This document shows, in pieces, positions 16,803-27,110 of a stretch of 64,000 nt of DNA. The translations under genes and the position numbers were made by a program. The DNA comes from Schmidtea polychroa (taxonomy: Eukaryota): NCBI GenBank assembly GCA_044892525.1, contig CM097885.1, positions 25,360,001 through 25,424,000 of the forward strand, in the 5' to 3' direction. The notes below the pieces were generated by a model that worked only from the letters and a program-made list of their open reading frames with translations, ran no database searches and was not told the origin of the DNA. Every line of letters begins with the position of its first letter. Positions within the stretch are counted from its first letter, which is position 1.

Positions 16803-18353
16803 ATGGTCGTTGAATTTCGGATCCTCTGGATTTATATGGTCTGTTTAATTGTGCACCGTGCCTCGTTCCAGTTCATTGAAGATCGATTGTGCAATAATAT
16901 ATGTTTCTGTTCATATTCCGACCGCTTAGTGATCTGTGATCAGACTCAGAACATTGGAGGCATTCCGAGTAACATCAATATAAGATATAACAGTTTAACC
17001 ATTCAAACGAACAATTTCTTGCACCCAACTATCTACCGATATAACCTTACAGGTTTAACGCATTTGAAAACTTTGAAAATAATCTACAGTGGTCTCAAAT
17101 CCATTGAACCCCGAGCATTTGAACTCATGATTAATCTCAACATCTTGGATTTATCTCACAACAAATTACAAATGATTGAGCCTTACACCTTTGCTGGTTT
17201 AGATTTAAAAGAACTTCATCTAATGGAGAACCCCGGTATAAAAATGCTTCCAAATTCCTTCGCTGCCATGACAGTGAAATCCATCAATCTCAGATCCAAC
17301 AACATCTCTTTCATCCAATATGAAATATTTTCTGGAAGTGATTTTGAAGTACTCTTTTTATTCAACAATAAAATCAAGACTTTGGAACCGAAATTTTCTG
17401 ATTTCCTAATGAAACCGAATTCCTTTATCGACCTCACTGGTAACCCTTTGAATTGCTCATGTGAGTTGAAATGGCTTCTTCCGATTTTGCAAGAAAAACA
17501 CAATAATATTCAACTAAAATCATTACCCTTTATGATATCCACAAACATCACCTGTGAATATCCTTTAAAGTTAAAGGGCAAAGAACTTTCGAAATTGTCC
17601 GTTAAAAACTTATCCTGCCCAAAGGCTAAAATCACAACGATTACCGTTGCTTTAGGATTACCGGAAACTGAGCTTACCTGTGTAGCTGAAGGTAATAATC
17701 ACAAAGTACCCGGTGTTGCTTGGAATTATGCGGAATCGGATAATGTTCGAGAACTAAGACGAACCCCTTTAGAAAAATCATCAAATTCAACAGAAAATCT
17801 TCAAGCGTCCTTATCAGTAAAAGTAAAAGTCACTGACAAACTTCAGGCTTTCACGTGCACAAGTTGGTTTGAAGACAGTCAAAGTGAAAATATAGTCGTA
17901 AAAATCCAAGCCCAATCACAGATTCTCAACAAAAACCTTTTAACAACTATAAATTACAATAACAAAACCGAATCAAACACAAAAGTAATTTTTCGACCCA
18001 TCCCGGAAGCCCATTTCATTTTCAAAAAACAATTTACCATTCTCGAAATGATCGGTGCCGTTGTCGGCACTTTTGTCATAACTTTAATATTATTAATAAT
18101 GCTAGCTCAAATTCTTCGTTGGTGGAAACGCGGCCATAAATCGGAAGCGAACTACAAATCGGTCAACATCATCAAGCCATATTGGACATTGGGTCATGAT
18201 TCCAATAACACATACTCACATCCGATCAGTCACACTGACTATGACTTTCCGAAAACTTTTGAAACCGAGGCTCCGTCAATGTGTCAAAGTCCTCCATTAA
18301 GACGAGGAGAATTTCTCGACTACAAAACTCAGAATAGAATCTTTGCCACTTGA
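16803..18353 (+). CDS. LRR + Ig-domain single-pass transmembrane protein (LIG-class receptor/adhesion molecule)
   Basis: Signal-peptide-like N-terminus; LRRNT (CNNICFCS..VICD); LRRs (LDLSHNKLQMI, INLRSNNISFI); LRRCT (NPLNCSCELKWL..CEYP); Ig-like segment (ELTCVAEG..VAW..FTCTS); TM segment IGAVVGTFVITLILLIMLAQIL; Tyr-containing tail. Uninterrupted 516-aa ORF. Confidence 0.88.
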   Translation: MVVEFRILWIYMVCLIVHRASFQFIEDRLCNNICFCSYSDRLVICDQTQNIGGIPSNINIRYNSLTIQTNNFLHPTIYRYNLTGLTHLKTLKIIYSGLKSIEPRAFELMINLNILDLSHNKLQMIEPYTFAGLDLKELHLMENPGIKMLPNSFAAMTVKSINLRSNNISFIQYEIFSGSDFEVLFLFNNKIKTLEPKFSDFLMKPNSFIDLTGNPLNCSCELKWLLPILQEKHNNIQLKSLPFMISTNITCEYPLKLKGKELSKLSVKNLSCPKAKITTITVALGLPETELTCVAEGNNHKVPGVAWNYAESDNVRELRRTPLEKSSNSTENLQASLSVKVKVTDKLQAFTCTSWFEDSQSENIVVKIQAQSQILNKNLLTTINYNNKTESNTKVIFRPIPEAHFIFKKQFTILEMIGAVVGTFVITLILLIMLAQILRWWKRGHKSEANYKSVNIIKPYWTLGHDSNNTYSHPISHTDYDFPKTFETEAPSMCQSPPLRRGEFLDYKTQNRIFAT

Positions 18354-19699
18354 TTTGAGGATTGGAAAACCAAACGAAGAATTATCCCTTCGATAGTTAC
18401 TGATTTTCATCCGTAGATTTGGACACTTCTGTACAGATTATTGACAATGTCCGTTGGCCACCAATACCAGATATGTGATATATGCAAACTTAACATTTGA
18501 CCGCTGTTTATAAATAATTTTATTCATTATTATTCATAAAATTTCATTCAACAGTCTGATGGAATTTGTATAAAAGAGAGATTTGGTTGAAAGTCGATCG
18601 AAGCTTTATATTTTTAAGATATTTGTATTGTTTTTTATTTTATTTATTATAATATTTTTGAAAAAAAAAGAAATAATGAACTAGCGATTACAAAATCAAC
18701 AATTTTTGCATTATTTATGGAACTTTTCTAGTGGACCTTTGTAGTATATATAATGTCATTTGGGCATCGATTAAAACAATATAATAATTAGTCGTTGATG
18801 GCAATTTTCTTTTACTTAAAATTAGTTTTAGTCATTTTAAATAGTTGAGAATAAAAAGATTTGTATACATTTCAAATTTTCATTTAGGAAACGATTGGGA
18901 GGATGGGAGGAGGATATTTCTGTAGTTTTGCATGAAATAGATTGAATATGATCCGGAATTTTCTTTGACTCCGAAATATCTTATCGATTTCAAAAAAAAT
19001 ATATAATATAAAGGTTAAAATAATCTTAGAAAATGAGAGTTCAAAAAGGGTGAAAAGAATGTCTGAGCGGTTCCGATTACGCACAAATCATCACCTCTTT
19101 CTTACACTTGTACGTATTACGTAATATCGGTGCGGTTGTGGTGATATAATAGTTACATATAACCTAGCTTTTTGAAATGTAAGAAAAAGTTTCAATTTTA
19201 AATTTTTAGCTTAATGAAGTAAGCAGCATTTTGGCCGATATTTTAGTAGTAGGATGTGCCACCTCCAGCACACTATTTTTTTGTTTTAATTATCGTTTAC
19301 GTAATAATTTAATTTTGTTCAAATCATTGATTGTATAACAATATTTTTGTTTTAATTATTGATTACATAATAATTTAATTTTGTTTAAATCGTTGATTAT
19401 ATAGTAATATTTTTTTGTTTTAATTATTGATTACGTTTTAATTTAATTTATCATTATTATTTGGAAAGATATTAACGCCCGCGCGGAAGATGTTATTTTC
19501 AAAATTATTATTATTTTCAAAGTTTTAATCAATATTATTATTATTATAATAATTATTATTATATATAGTCCGAGTTTATCCGACAAAATATTTTGTCCCC
19601 TATGGGTAATGATCGCAAGGGTACTGGTCACGCTCAACAACTCACAAGGTACTGCTTACAATGATATTATTAAACAAATCAATAAACAATAAAATAATC

Positions 19700-19728
19700 T
19701 TAAATTAACAGGTCCTGGCCAAAATGTA

Positions 19729-19770
<42 letters not shown>

Positions 19771-20124
19771 ATTCGCAATCATCATCCCCACATTTCATTA
19801 CATTTTCGACGACATGATCTACACAATCATTGCACTTATTCGTAATATTTTCCGTAACTTTAGGTTCATCTATAGGTTCATAGATTTCCTCATCAATTTC
19901 TTGGGTATCGGTTTCTTGAGTACCAGTTTCTTCCTTATCATCAAATCTTGAATCTAGACTCTCAACTATCCAGCCGATATTTAATGCATTTGTAACAAAT
20001 AATATGTCCTCAATTTTTACACCAGCTATTTCTGCCAATTTTTCCAACAAAATGTTGATTACAAATTCTAAATGATAAATAATGCGGAAAATAATTAATA
20101 ATGTTAACCTTTTTCTGCAGTCAT
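19700..20124 (-). CDS. Small acidic hypothetical protein of element A, two exons (20124-20109, 20067-19700)
   Basis: ATGACTGCAGAAAAAG|gttaac..tttag|AATTTGTAATC joins in frame (MTAEKEFVINILLEKL) to the 19700-20050 ORF across a 41-nt GT-AG intron. Confidence 0.55.
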
Positions 20125-20698
20125 TTTTATCACTTTAAAACTATATTATAAGTTTGTTTATAGATTTTCTATGTTAAATTTGCATGTCATTTGCATTAAT
20201 GTTGCAATTTCTTTGTTAATGAAGAGAAAAACAAATATGACTAATACATTTATTAAATACATTAAATATAACATTAAAATAGTTGTGAAAGTCTAGCAGA
20301 CATAATTTTCCAAATAGGAGAATACACATCATTATTATCAACTTTATATCCCTGGATTACAATTGTTATATACCAATTTTCGTTTTCTTTGAAACTGATT
20401 TCATCAAATGCATCATAAAATTTTGCATATCTGTTGTTGTACCATGCATGTTGATTACATGCTAGATTAGAATTTACCTGTCTTGAAAAATATTATCGGG
20501 TATTTCCCGCGTCTATCGACAATTTCTGTGGTTTTCCTAGTGGGAACCTCATATTCGATACATTAAAATTTCCTCGATAATTTATATTTGCTAACATTAT
20601 TAAATCATTTATGAAAATTAGTCTTTATATACAAATTGATCACGAGTTCATTAAATCATCGAATATAAACCAATGCATATATATTTATAAAATTTGAA

Positions 20699-21244
20699 AT
20701 GGAATTAAGAAATGATGCAGTATACCGAGTGGTAGTGGAAAAACATTATTTGTTTGCAAACATGGATTAGCTCAATCAAGTTTCTGTAAATTAAAAAACA
20801 TGAAAATAGTAAAGGGATTCGATAAAAACTGGTCCAGCCGATTAAAGAAAGGTGATGTCATTATTATCGATGATTTGTACCAAGAAGCTAATAAAGAAAA
20901 AGATTTTTAATAATTTATTCACAAAAATCAGCAGACATGTCGGTGTAACAGTTATTTTCATAACACAAAATCTATTTCATCAAGGTGGTGCACATCGAAC
21001 ACATAATTTAAATGTACAATATTTAGTTATTTTCAAGAACCCTAGAGATGCAACTGTGATTGATTTTCTTGCACGTCAAGCATACCCTAACAATCTTAAT
21101 TTTCTTATCAGTGCATTTCAAGATGCTACAAAAATACCTCATGGGTATATATTTCTTGATTTCACGAAACAATGTCCCGATGATTTACGAGTAAAAACAG
21201 ATAGTTTCAACCCAAAAGGTGCCATGGTTTATAAACAAAGTTGA
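20699..21244 (+). pseudogene. A32/FtsK-like packaging ATPase of Polinton type, frameshifted
   Basis: Walker A remnant PSGSGKT (~20726), Walker B VIIIDDL (~20860), and FITQNLF..LNVQYLVIFKNPRD in ORF 20852-21244; motifs lie in different frames. Confidence 0.85.
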
Positions 21245-21513
21245 AAACCTCTATGAATAATAATGTTTTTAAAAGCAAGGGTGAAAAATATTAGGAGATT
21301 AAGAAAAAGTATTAAAAAGAGTATTAAAGTTCCAAAAGTTCCACCAACAACTAGTTATACACCATCTAAAAACTGAAAATTTCTCTGCAATGAATCTTAT
21401 TTCGAAAAATTCTAAACCTAAACGTAAAACCAGTAAAACCGTAAAACCGGTAAAAAAGTGGTTAAAAATCATCGTAGTATTCCATTTTTTAATGCATTGT
21501 TAAAGGCCCGAGT

Positions 21514-21780
21514 ATGAAAAAATTGAATATATTGCAATCATTCCCAAATTTTGTTGTCGATGATTTACTCAATATTATACTTAAAGAAGTCAAAGGCAAG
21601 ATTAAAATAAGCAAATCCAAAAAGCATTTATTGAGCAAACATAGGAAACCTATGTTATCATTAGTAAATAATAAAAATCGTAAACAAATGAGGAAAATTA
21701 TATATAAACAACAAGGTGGATTTATTGGTGCATTGATACCTCTGGCCTTATCATTATTAGGTAGAATAACACAGTCATAA
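21514..21780 (+). CDS. Small basic Polinton virion/core-like protein with QQGG|FIGALIPLALSLLG tail
   Basis: Lys-rich 88-aa ORF between the ATPase and integrase, ending in xGG followed by an amphipathic hydrophobic stretch, a pattern typical of Polinton/adintovirus small core proteins. Confidence 0.6.
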   Translation: MKKLNILQSFPNFVVDDLLNIILKEVKGKIKISKSKKHLLSKHRKPMLSLVNNKNRKQMRKIIYKQQGGFIGALIPLALSLLGRITQS

Positions 21781-21841
21781 ACAATGGATGCTAATCCTTC
21801 ATTACCCGACATTAAATTTAATTTTAAATCTTCTTGCTGTA

Positions 21842-22252
21842 ATGGAGAAGATTTGGACGAACCCAGAAGACGAAGCCGGTTTCGGTGGAGTGGCAAAATT
21901 AAAGAAAAGAGATCCGAATTTGAAAAAAGAAACCCAAAAGTGGTTATCAGATCAGCTCGCGTACAGTTTGAACAAACCAATGCGGAAACGATTTCCAACA
22001 AGAGCATATAAAACATTCGGTATTGATGATTTATGGCAAATGGATTTGATGGAGATGATACGGTATTCGAAAATTAACAATGGAAATAAATATATTTTAA
22101 CATGTATTAATTATTCAGCAGGTTTGCACGAGCAATACCAGTCAAGGCAAAATCTGCAGATGAAATGTCCAAGGCAATTAATATTTTATTTAAAGATGGA
22201 CATCCTAATAACTTGCAATCAGATTTAGGTATTATTATTATTATTATTATTA

Positions 22253-22314
<62 letters not shown>

Positions 22315-22673
22315 ATTATTATAGGAAAAGAATTCTACAATAGCAAAGTTAAGCAAATCCTCGATAAACTGCAAATAAATCACTACTCGGTGCATTCTCA
22401 ATACAAAGCTGCCCATGTTGAAAGATTTAATCGAACATTGAGAGATAGATTAAAGAAATTGTTCGTGCATCAAGGTAATAAAAAATGGGTAAATGTTTTA
22501 CCAAAAATAATAACAAGTTATAATCATTCATCCCATCGAGGACTGAATGAATTTAGCCCGGTTGATATCACATCAAAACTATCATTGAATTCTAAAAAAA
22601 TCTGGAAAAATTGCAAACCCGAAATATAAAGTCAGTGACCATGTTAGAACTAGTGAAATTAGTGCATCACCAT
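21842..22673 (+). pseudogene. Maverick-type retroviral-like integrase (frameshift near 22110, intron 22229-22324, C-terminus cut by element B)
   Basis: Motifs WQMDL, YILTCI, LQSDLG|KEFYN after splicing, KAAHVERFNRTLR, YNHSSHR and a YKVSDHVR remnant. Confidence 0.9.
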
Positions 22674-23622
22674 AGTAGGTAGTTAGGGGCCTACGGCAGC
22701 AATAGAGGGGGGGGGTAAAAAATGTTGCAACTTTTGATTGCATAATTTTTGCCGTAGTAATTTTTTGCTTTTTTGATTACATAATTGCCACCCAATGTTC
22801 TTTTTTCTGGGATTTTCAATACAAAAATCCGATTATCACTAAAAAAGCGTGGTAATTTAAGGTCTCAGGGTATTTTCAATAGAAAAAGGTGGTCTACACT
22901 GAAAAGCATGGAATTATTTAGACTATAATGAGGGAGTCTCCATGGTCCTGGGATTTTCAATAAAAAAGGGGTTTACACTAAATATCATGGTAAATTTTTA
23001 AATAAAAGCAAATTATGGTCAAAATTTTTCAATTAAAGTAAAGTCCAAATTTTGAATTACAGTAAATTATGGGCTCAGATTTTAAAGTTAAAGTAAATGA
23101 TGGTTCAAAAAATTGAATTACAGTAAATTATATGCTAAGATTTTTGAATTACAGTAAATTAAGGTCTAAATTTTAAAATTAAGTAATCAATGGTAAATAA
23201 TTTTAAATTAAAGTTAAATTAAAGTAAGATTTTTAAAATTATTAACAAAAGGTCAATAGGCAATAATTGAGAATTGAAATTTTTTAATGAAAATTTTTAT
23301 GAAATATTTTTTTAAGTAATTTTTTAAATGAAATTTTGACAGATTAATTTTTAAAGCAAATTTTTAATGAAATTTTTTTTTATAGATTAATAATAATAAT
23401 AATAACATTTCAACCAAATAACACATAAAAATTAACTAAAATTAACTAAACACATAAAAATAACTAGACACATAACAAAACATATAAACATTAACTAAAC
23501 ACATAAAAATAACTAGACACATAACTAAACACATAAAATTTACCAAATTAATAAAAAGAACAAATGTAAAGATATAAACTTTTATTTAATAAAATCAGTC
23601 TTCATCAGATAAAATAATGTCA

Positions 23623-25109
23623 TCAATATCGATTTTCATCTTCTCCAACAACTTCCCCAATATCTTCTCCAAAATCTTCTTCATTAAATTCTTCCTCATC
23701 TTCTCCAACAACTTCTACAACATTTAATTGACTTAATCTTACATGCCCATATGCTAAACTAGTATTTTCCCCCACCCAAACCTTTTTGTCATCTGCGTTA
23801 GTTAGTGCTATTTTAGTATTTTCAATTGTAAAAATTTGATGGTTTTTGCTAGTTATTTTTGTTTGAAGAATCGAAAAAATTTGATTAGTGTTATAACAAT
23901 CCAGGTACGACTGATGTTTTATGTCACTACATTTCAATGTTACACCTTTAGCCTTTTTTGTTTCCTCATCACCCAACAAACTATAACACTTAGGTCTAAG
24001 AAAAACCCATTCCTTATATTTAAGACCTTTATTCTCGTCTTTGAACTTTCCAATGACAGAATCAAGGTTCTTACTATATAAGGAATGACAACTATCGTAA
24101 TTGGAAGTATCTAATAAATTATCTCGGATCATTGCAGGTAAAAGAACCTCAAGTTTACAGTTAATTACTTTGAGGAAAAAAGAGTCTGTATCACCTGCAA
24201 CGATATTAATTTTACAACTAAACTCATTGCGAAATGATTCTAAATCCTTATATTGTAATTCATACATTCTAAGTTTAGATAGATCAAGTACAGACTGACC
24301 AATGCAACTTGGTCTATCTAAACATATAGAATCTGGATTAAATAAAGCGGCAATTAAATTATCATCTATTTTAATGGATTTTTTAAAAGAAGGTTTTGAA
24401 GAATATTTAACTAATTTACAAAGACGAAGATTCTCTTTAAATTCTCTACTGTTTTGCCATATAAACTGTTATTTAACAATTTATAATAATTTTTGTCTAA
24501 ATTATTTATGCTTTTTGACCTTAATTCTGTATTGGTATCTATGTATTTTTTAAAAATTGGAGATTGCTTAAATCTTACACCCCTATTTACATGTGTTACT
24601 TTAACACCAAGTTCCAAATATAATTTTAATAATCTCCAATGAATCACATAATTAAATTTTGGAAGAAGGGTTAATAATAATTTTTCAACCTTTGACCCAG
24701 CAGGTTTCATTTTTTTAGTAGCTACAAGGAAATCGTCCAACTTATCATGAAGCTCAGAAGGAATTACAAGATCAACTTCAAGAGTGTATCCATAAAACAA
24801 ATATTCAAGATTTAAATTCCTACATTCGTCCATTATTAAATCAAATCCATCAAGAACCCAACTAAATTCACCACAAGGTAATGGTTGACTTAAAGCCCAA
24901 CCGTAAAGATTATTAATATCTATATAAAGTAACTCAGTGTTTTCATCGGTTCTTACATAATGTTTATTTACAAAAGTAAGACCACCTCTTATTTACCCTC
25001 ATAAAAGCTAAACATTTCGTTTTCAGTTATCAGTTCAATCGGTTCATCTAAAGACATTAATGCAGAAGACCAAGACATACCGGGAATTCCGAAATAATTC
25101 AATGGTTTT
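23623..25109 (-). pseudogene. polB: Protein-primed family B DNA polymerase, 3' part (element B)
   Basis: ORFs 23623-24267 (AGDTDS, KAKGV) and 24411-24833 (KLLNNSLYGK) are highly similar to the 964-aa ORF at 56133-59027; small deletions break the frame. Confidence 0.92.
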
Positions 25110-26127
25110 TGTAGTAAGCCGTTACACGGCCTTGACAATATCTATATACCTATTATACTATATTATATTATATTATATTATATTATATTATATATATAAA
25201 TGCGCGGTCACCAACGAACAAGGACCAATCAGAACACAATTACAGTCAATCAAAATTCGTGCGATCAGCTAATACTTCTACTTATCAAATAGGCTCTATT
25301 AATCAATCTCAGACGAGTAAAGCAAATTCGATGCCATGTTATCATTATCAAGATAAACTGTATTCGGCTCTCAATAGTTTTAGTGTTGGCTCTCATAGAC
25401 CAACACCCTCATCCATTACAATTCGCGAAATACGGAACAAATCATAACAATAATATGAACCCGAATAGATCTTTTTATCAAACCACCACACGTCTTTACA
25501 AATTCTGATCAATGTGATAATGCAAAATAGGATCAGAACGGCAGAGGATATACATTTCCTCAAATATTGTATGCGAATGACAATGGTCAAATTGGTTCAT
25601 GGACAAATCGGCAGGCTGTAAAATCTTTAGAAATAATCGGACTATTTGAAATTATTATTTTTAGTTAACATTTTGTAAATGAGAAATGGCTGTTGAATAT
25701 GTTTAACTGGTCTGATTATATTTACATTTTTTATGTAGTTTCTATTATATATTTTTGTTTTACTTATATATGAAAACTTTGTAATTCAAATTAAAAATTT
25801 TGGAATTTAAATAAAAACTGACATTAACTCTTTATGATTTATTTTATAAGTTTTCAATTTTATCAGCCAATTTGTAGAAAAATGCGACCATTATATACAT
25901 ATAAGGAATTAATTAATTGGAAGCCAGTTAATACTAGCAACAAACGTATATTTGATTACCAGAAACCAATATTCCAAGAAATGAATGGAATGAAAGTTGT
26001 CGAAAATCATCATTCGCAACGCAATAAAGTTCTCTTATGTCATGATATGAAAGGCGGTTATTTAGACGATGCTCTTACTGAAAATTCTATTGCCAAATTA
26101 CCAGATCGGATTGCCCCAACCACGACA
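25110..26127 (+). repeat. 5' LTR
   Basis: Starts TGTAGTAAGCC, ends CACGACA; matches 46548-47553 with about ten differences by eye. Confidence 0.95.
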
Positions 26128-27078
26128 TTGGTGTCAGAAGTGCCAGAACAATGCTCAAGATTTGAACAATTAGAAACTTATTTAGCGGCTAACTTATCTA
26201 ATATCATTGCTAAATCCAGATTACAGGAAAAACAATCTATGTTAGTTTCTCATAAACGAACAGTGGAATTACGTCAAAATATGTTCCATATGCTTTCCAA
26301 AATATTTTCTGAATTAAAACTTTCATCAAAATTTAATCCTATATCCCATGATATTGATAGGCTGATAGATCATTTGATAATTGCTCATTCTTGCTGTTTG
26401 TCATCGAATCGAGAAGAGTATATCAAATTAATTCAGAAAATTCCAGATCGTGATTCTTTGGATCCTGTAGTCGTTCTATGTAAGGATTTAAATATGTATT
26501 ATAAAGAATTACAGCAGTCTACATCATCAAGTAATTCCATTTCAACCCCTACAAATATCACAGATAATAATCATATTCCAAATGGTCAATTTCAAATTGC
26601 TGACCCGATAAATAAATCGTCTTTCAAATTTATCAGTAAAAGTATTCAATTACAATCTGAATCATCGGATATTAAATCCGAATTTCCCCTATTCAGTGCT
26701 TTCAATAGCTCAGCTGTTAATGATATTACTGAATTCCACAGTACACTGAATTCCACATCTCCCCTGTCACGGGTTTCAGATCAGAAATCATTTATGAACA
26801 GTTTGAATTCAGTTGGTTCGTCGAATTCTCTGCTGGAAAGTTTCTACCAGTTAAATTCTCAAAACCACGCCGCAATCAACAATAACAACAATAATAATAA
26901 CAACAACAACAATAATAATCAGTCATACGATCACAACATTAATCAACAGGCAAACAACAACGGTGTGCTTAACTACGGTCAGTATCAGTATCGAAACGAA
27001 ATGGATATAAATCGCATATTTGCTCGGAGAAACCGAATTCACATTACGATCAGAAATATAAAGATACAGCCGATATAG
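25834..27078 (+). CDS. Chimeric extra ORF: ENGase (GH85) N-terminal fragment from the LTR fused to an unknown S/N/Q-rich sequence
   Basis: 414-aa ORF crossing the LTR end and the PBS; contains KVLLCHDMKGGYLDD. Confidence 0.5.
   Translation: MIYFISFQFYQPICRKMRPLYTYKELINWKPVNTSNKRIFDYQKPIFQEMNGMKVVENHHSQRNKVLLCHDMKGGYLDDALTENSIAKLPDRIAPTTTLVSEVPEQCSRFEQLETYLAANLSNIIAKSRLQEKQSMLVSHKRTVELRQNMFHMLSKIFSELKLSSKFNPISHDIDRLIDHLIIAHSCCLSSNREEYIKLIQKIPDRDSLDPVVVLCKDLNMYYKELQQSTSSSNSISTPTNITDNNHIPNGQFQIADPINKSSFKFISKSIQLQSESSDIKSEFPLFSAFNSSAVNDITEFHSTLNSTSPLSRVSDQKSFMNSLNSVGSSNSLLESFYQLNSQNHAAINNNNNNNNNNNNNNQSYDHNINQQANNNGVLNYGQYQYRNEMDINRIFARRNRIHITIRNIKIQPI
26129..26142 (+). promoter_or_regulatory. 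Primer-binding site, complementary to the 3' end of tRNA-Leu
   Basis: TGGTGTCAGAAGTG one base after the LTR's terminal CA; matches the known tRNA-Leu-type PBS TGGTGTCAGAAGTGGGAT over 14 nt. Confidence 0.8.
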
Positions 27079-27110
27079 ATTTTGATTCGATTAATGTTTC
27101 CCGGCAAGCA

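Larger units (their letters stand above)
19245..22673 (+). mobile_element. Polinton/Maverick-like element A (degenerate; interrupted by element B at 22674)
   Basis: Putative AGTAGTAGG terminus at 19245 followed by ~67-bp tandem repeats; packaging ATPase, small basic QQGG protein and retroviral-type integrase in series. The left boundary is less certain than the gene content. Confidence 0.75.
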
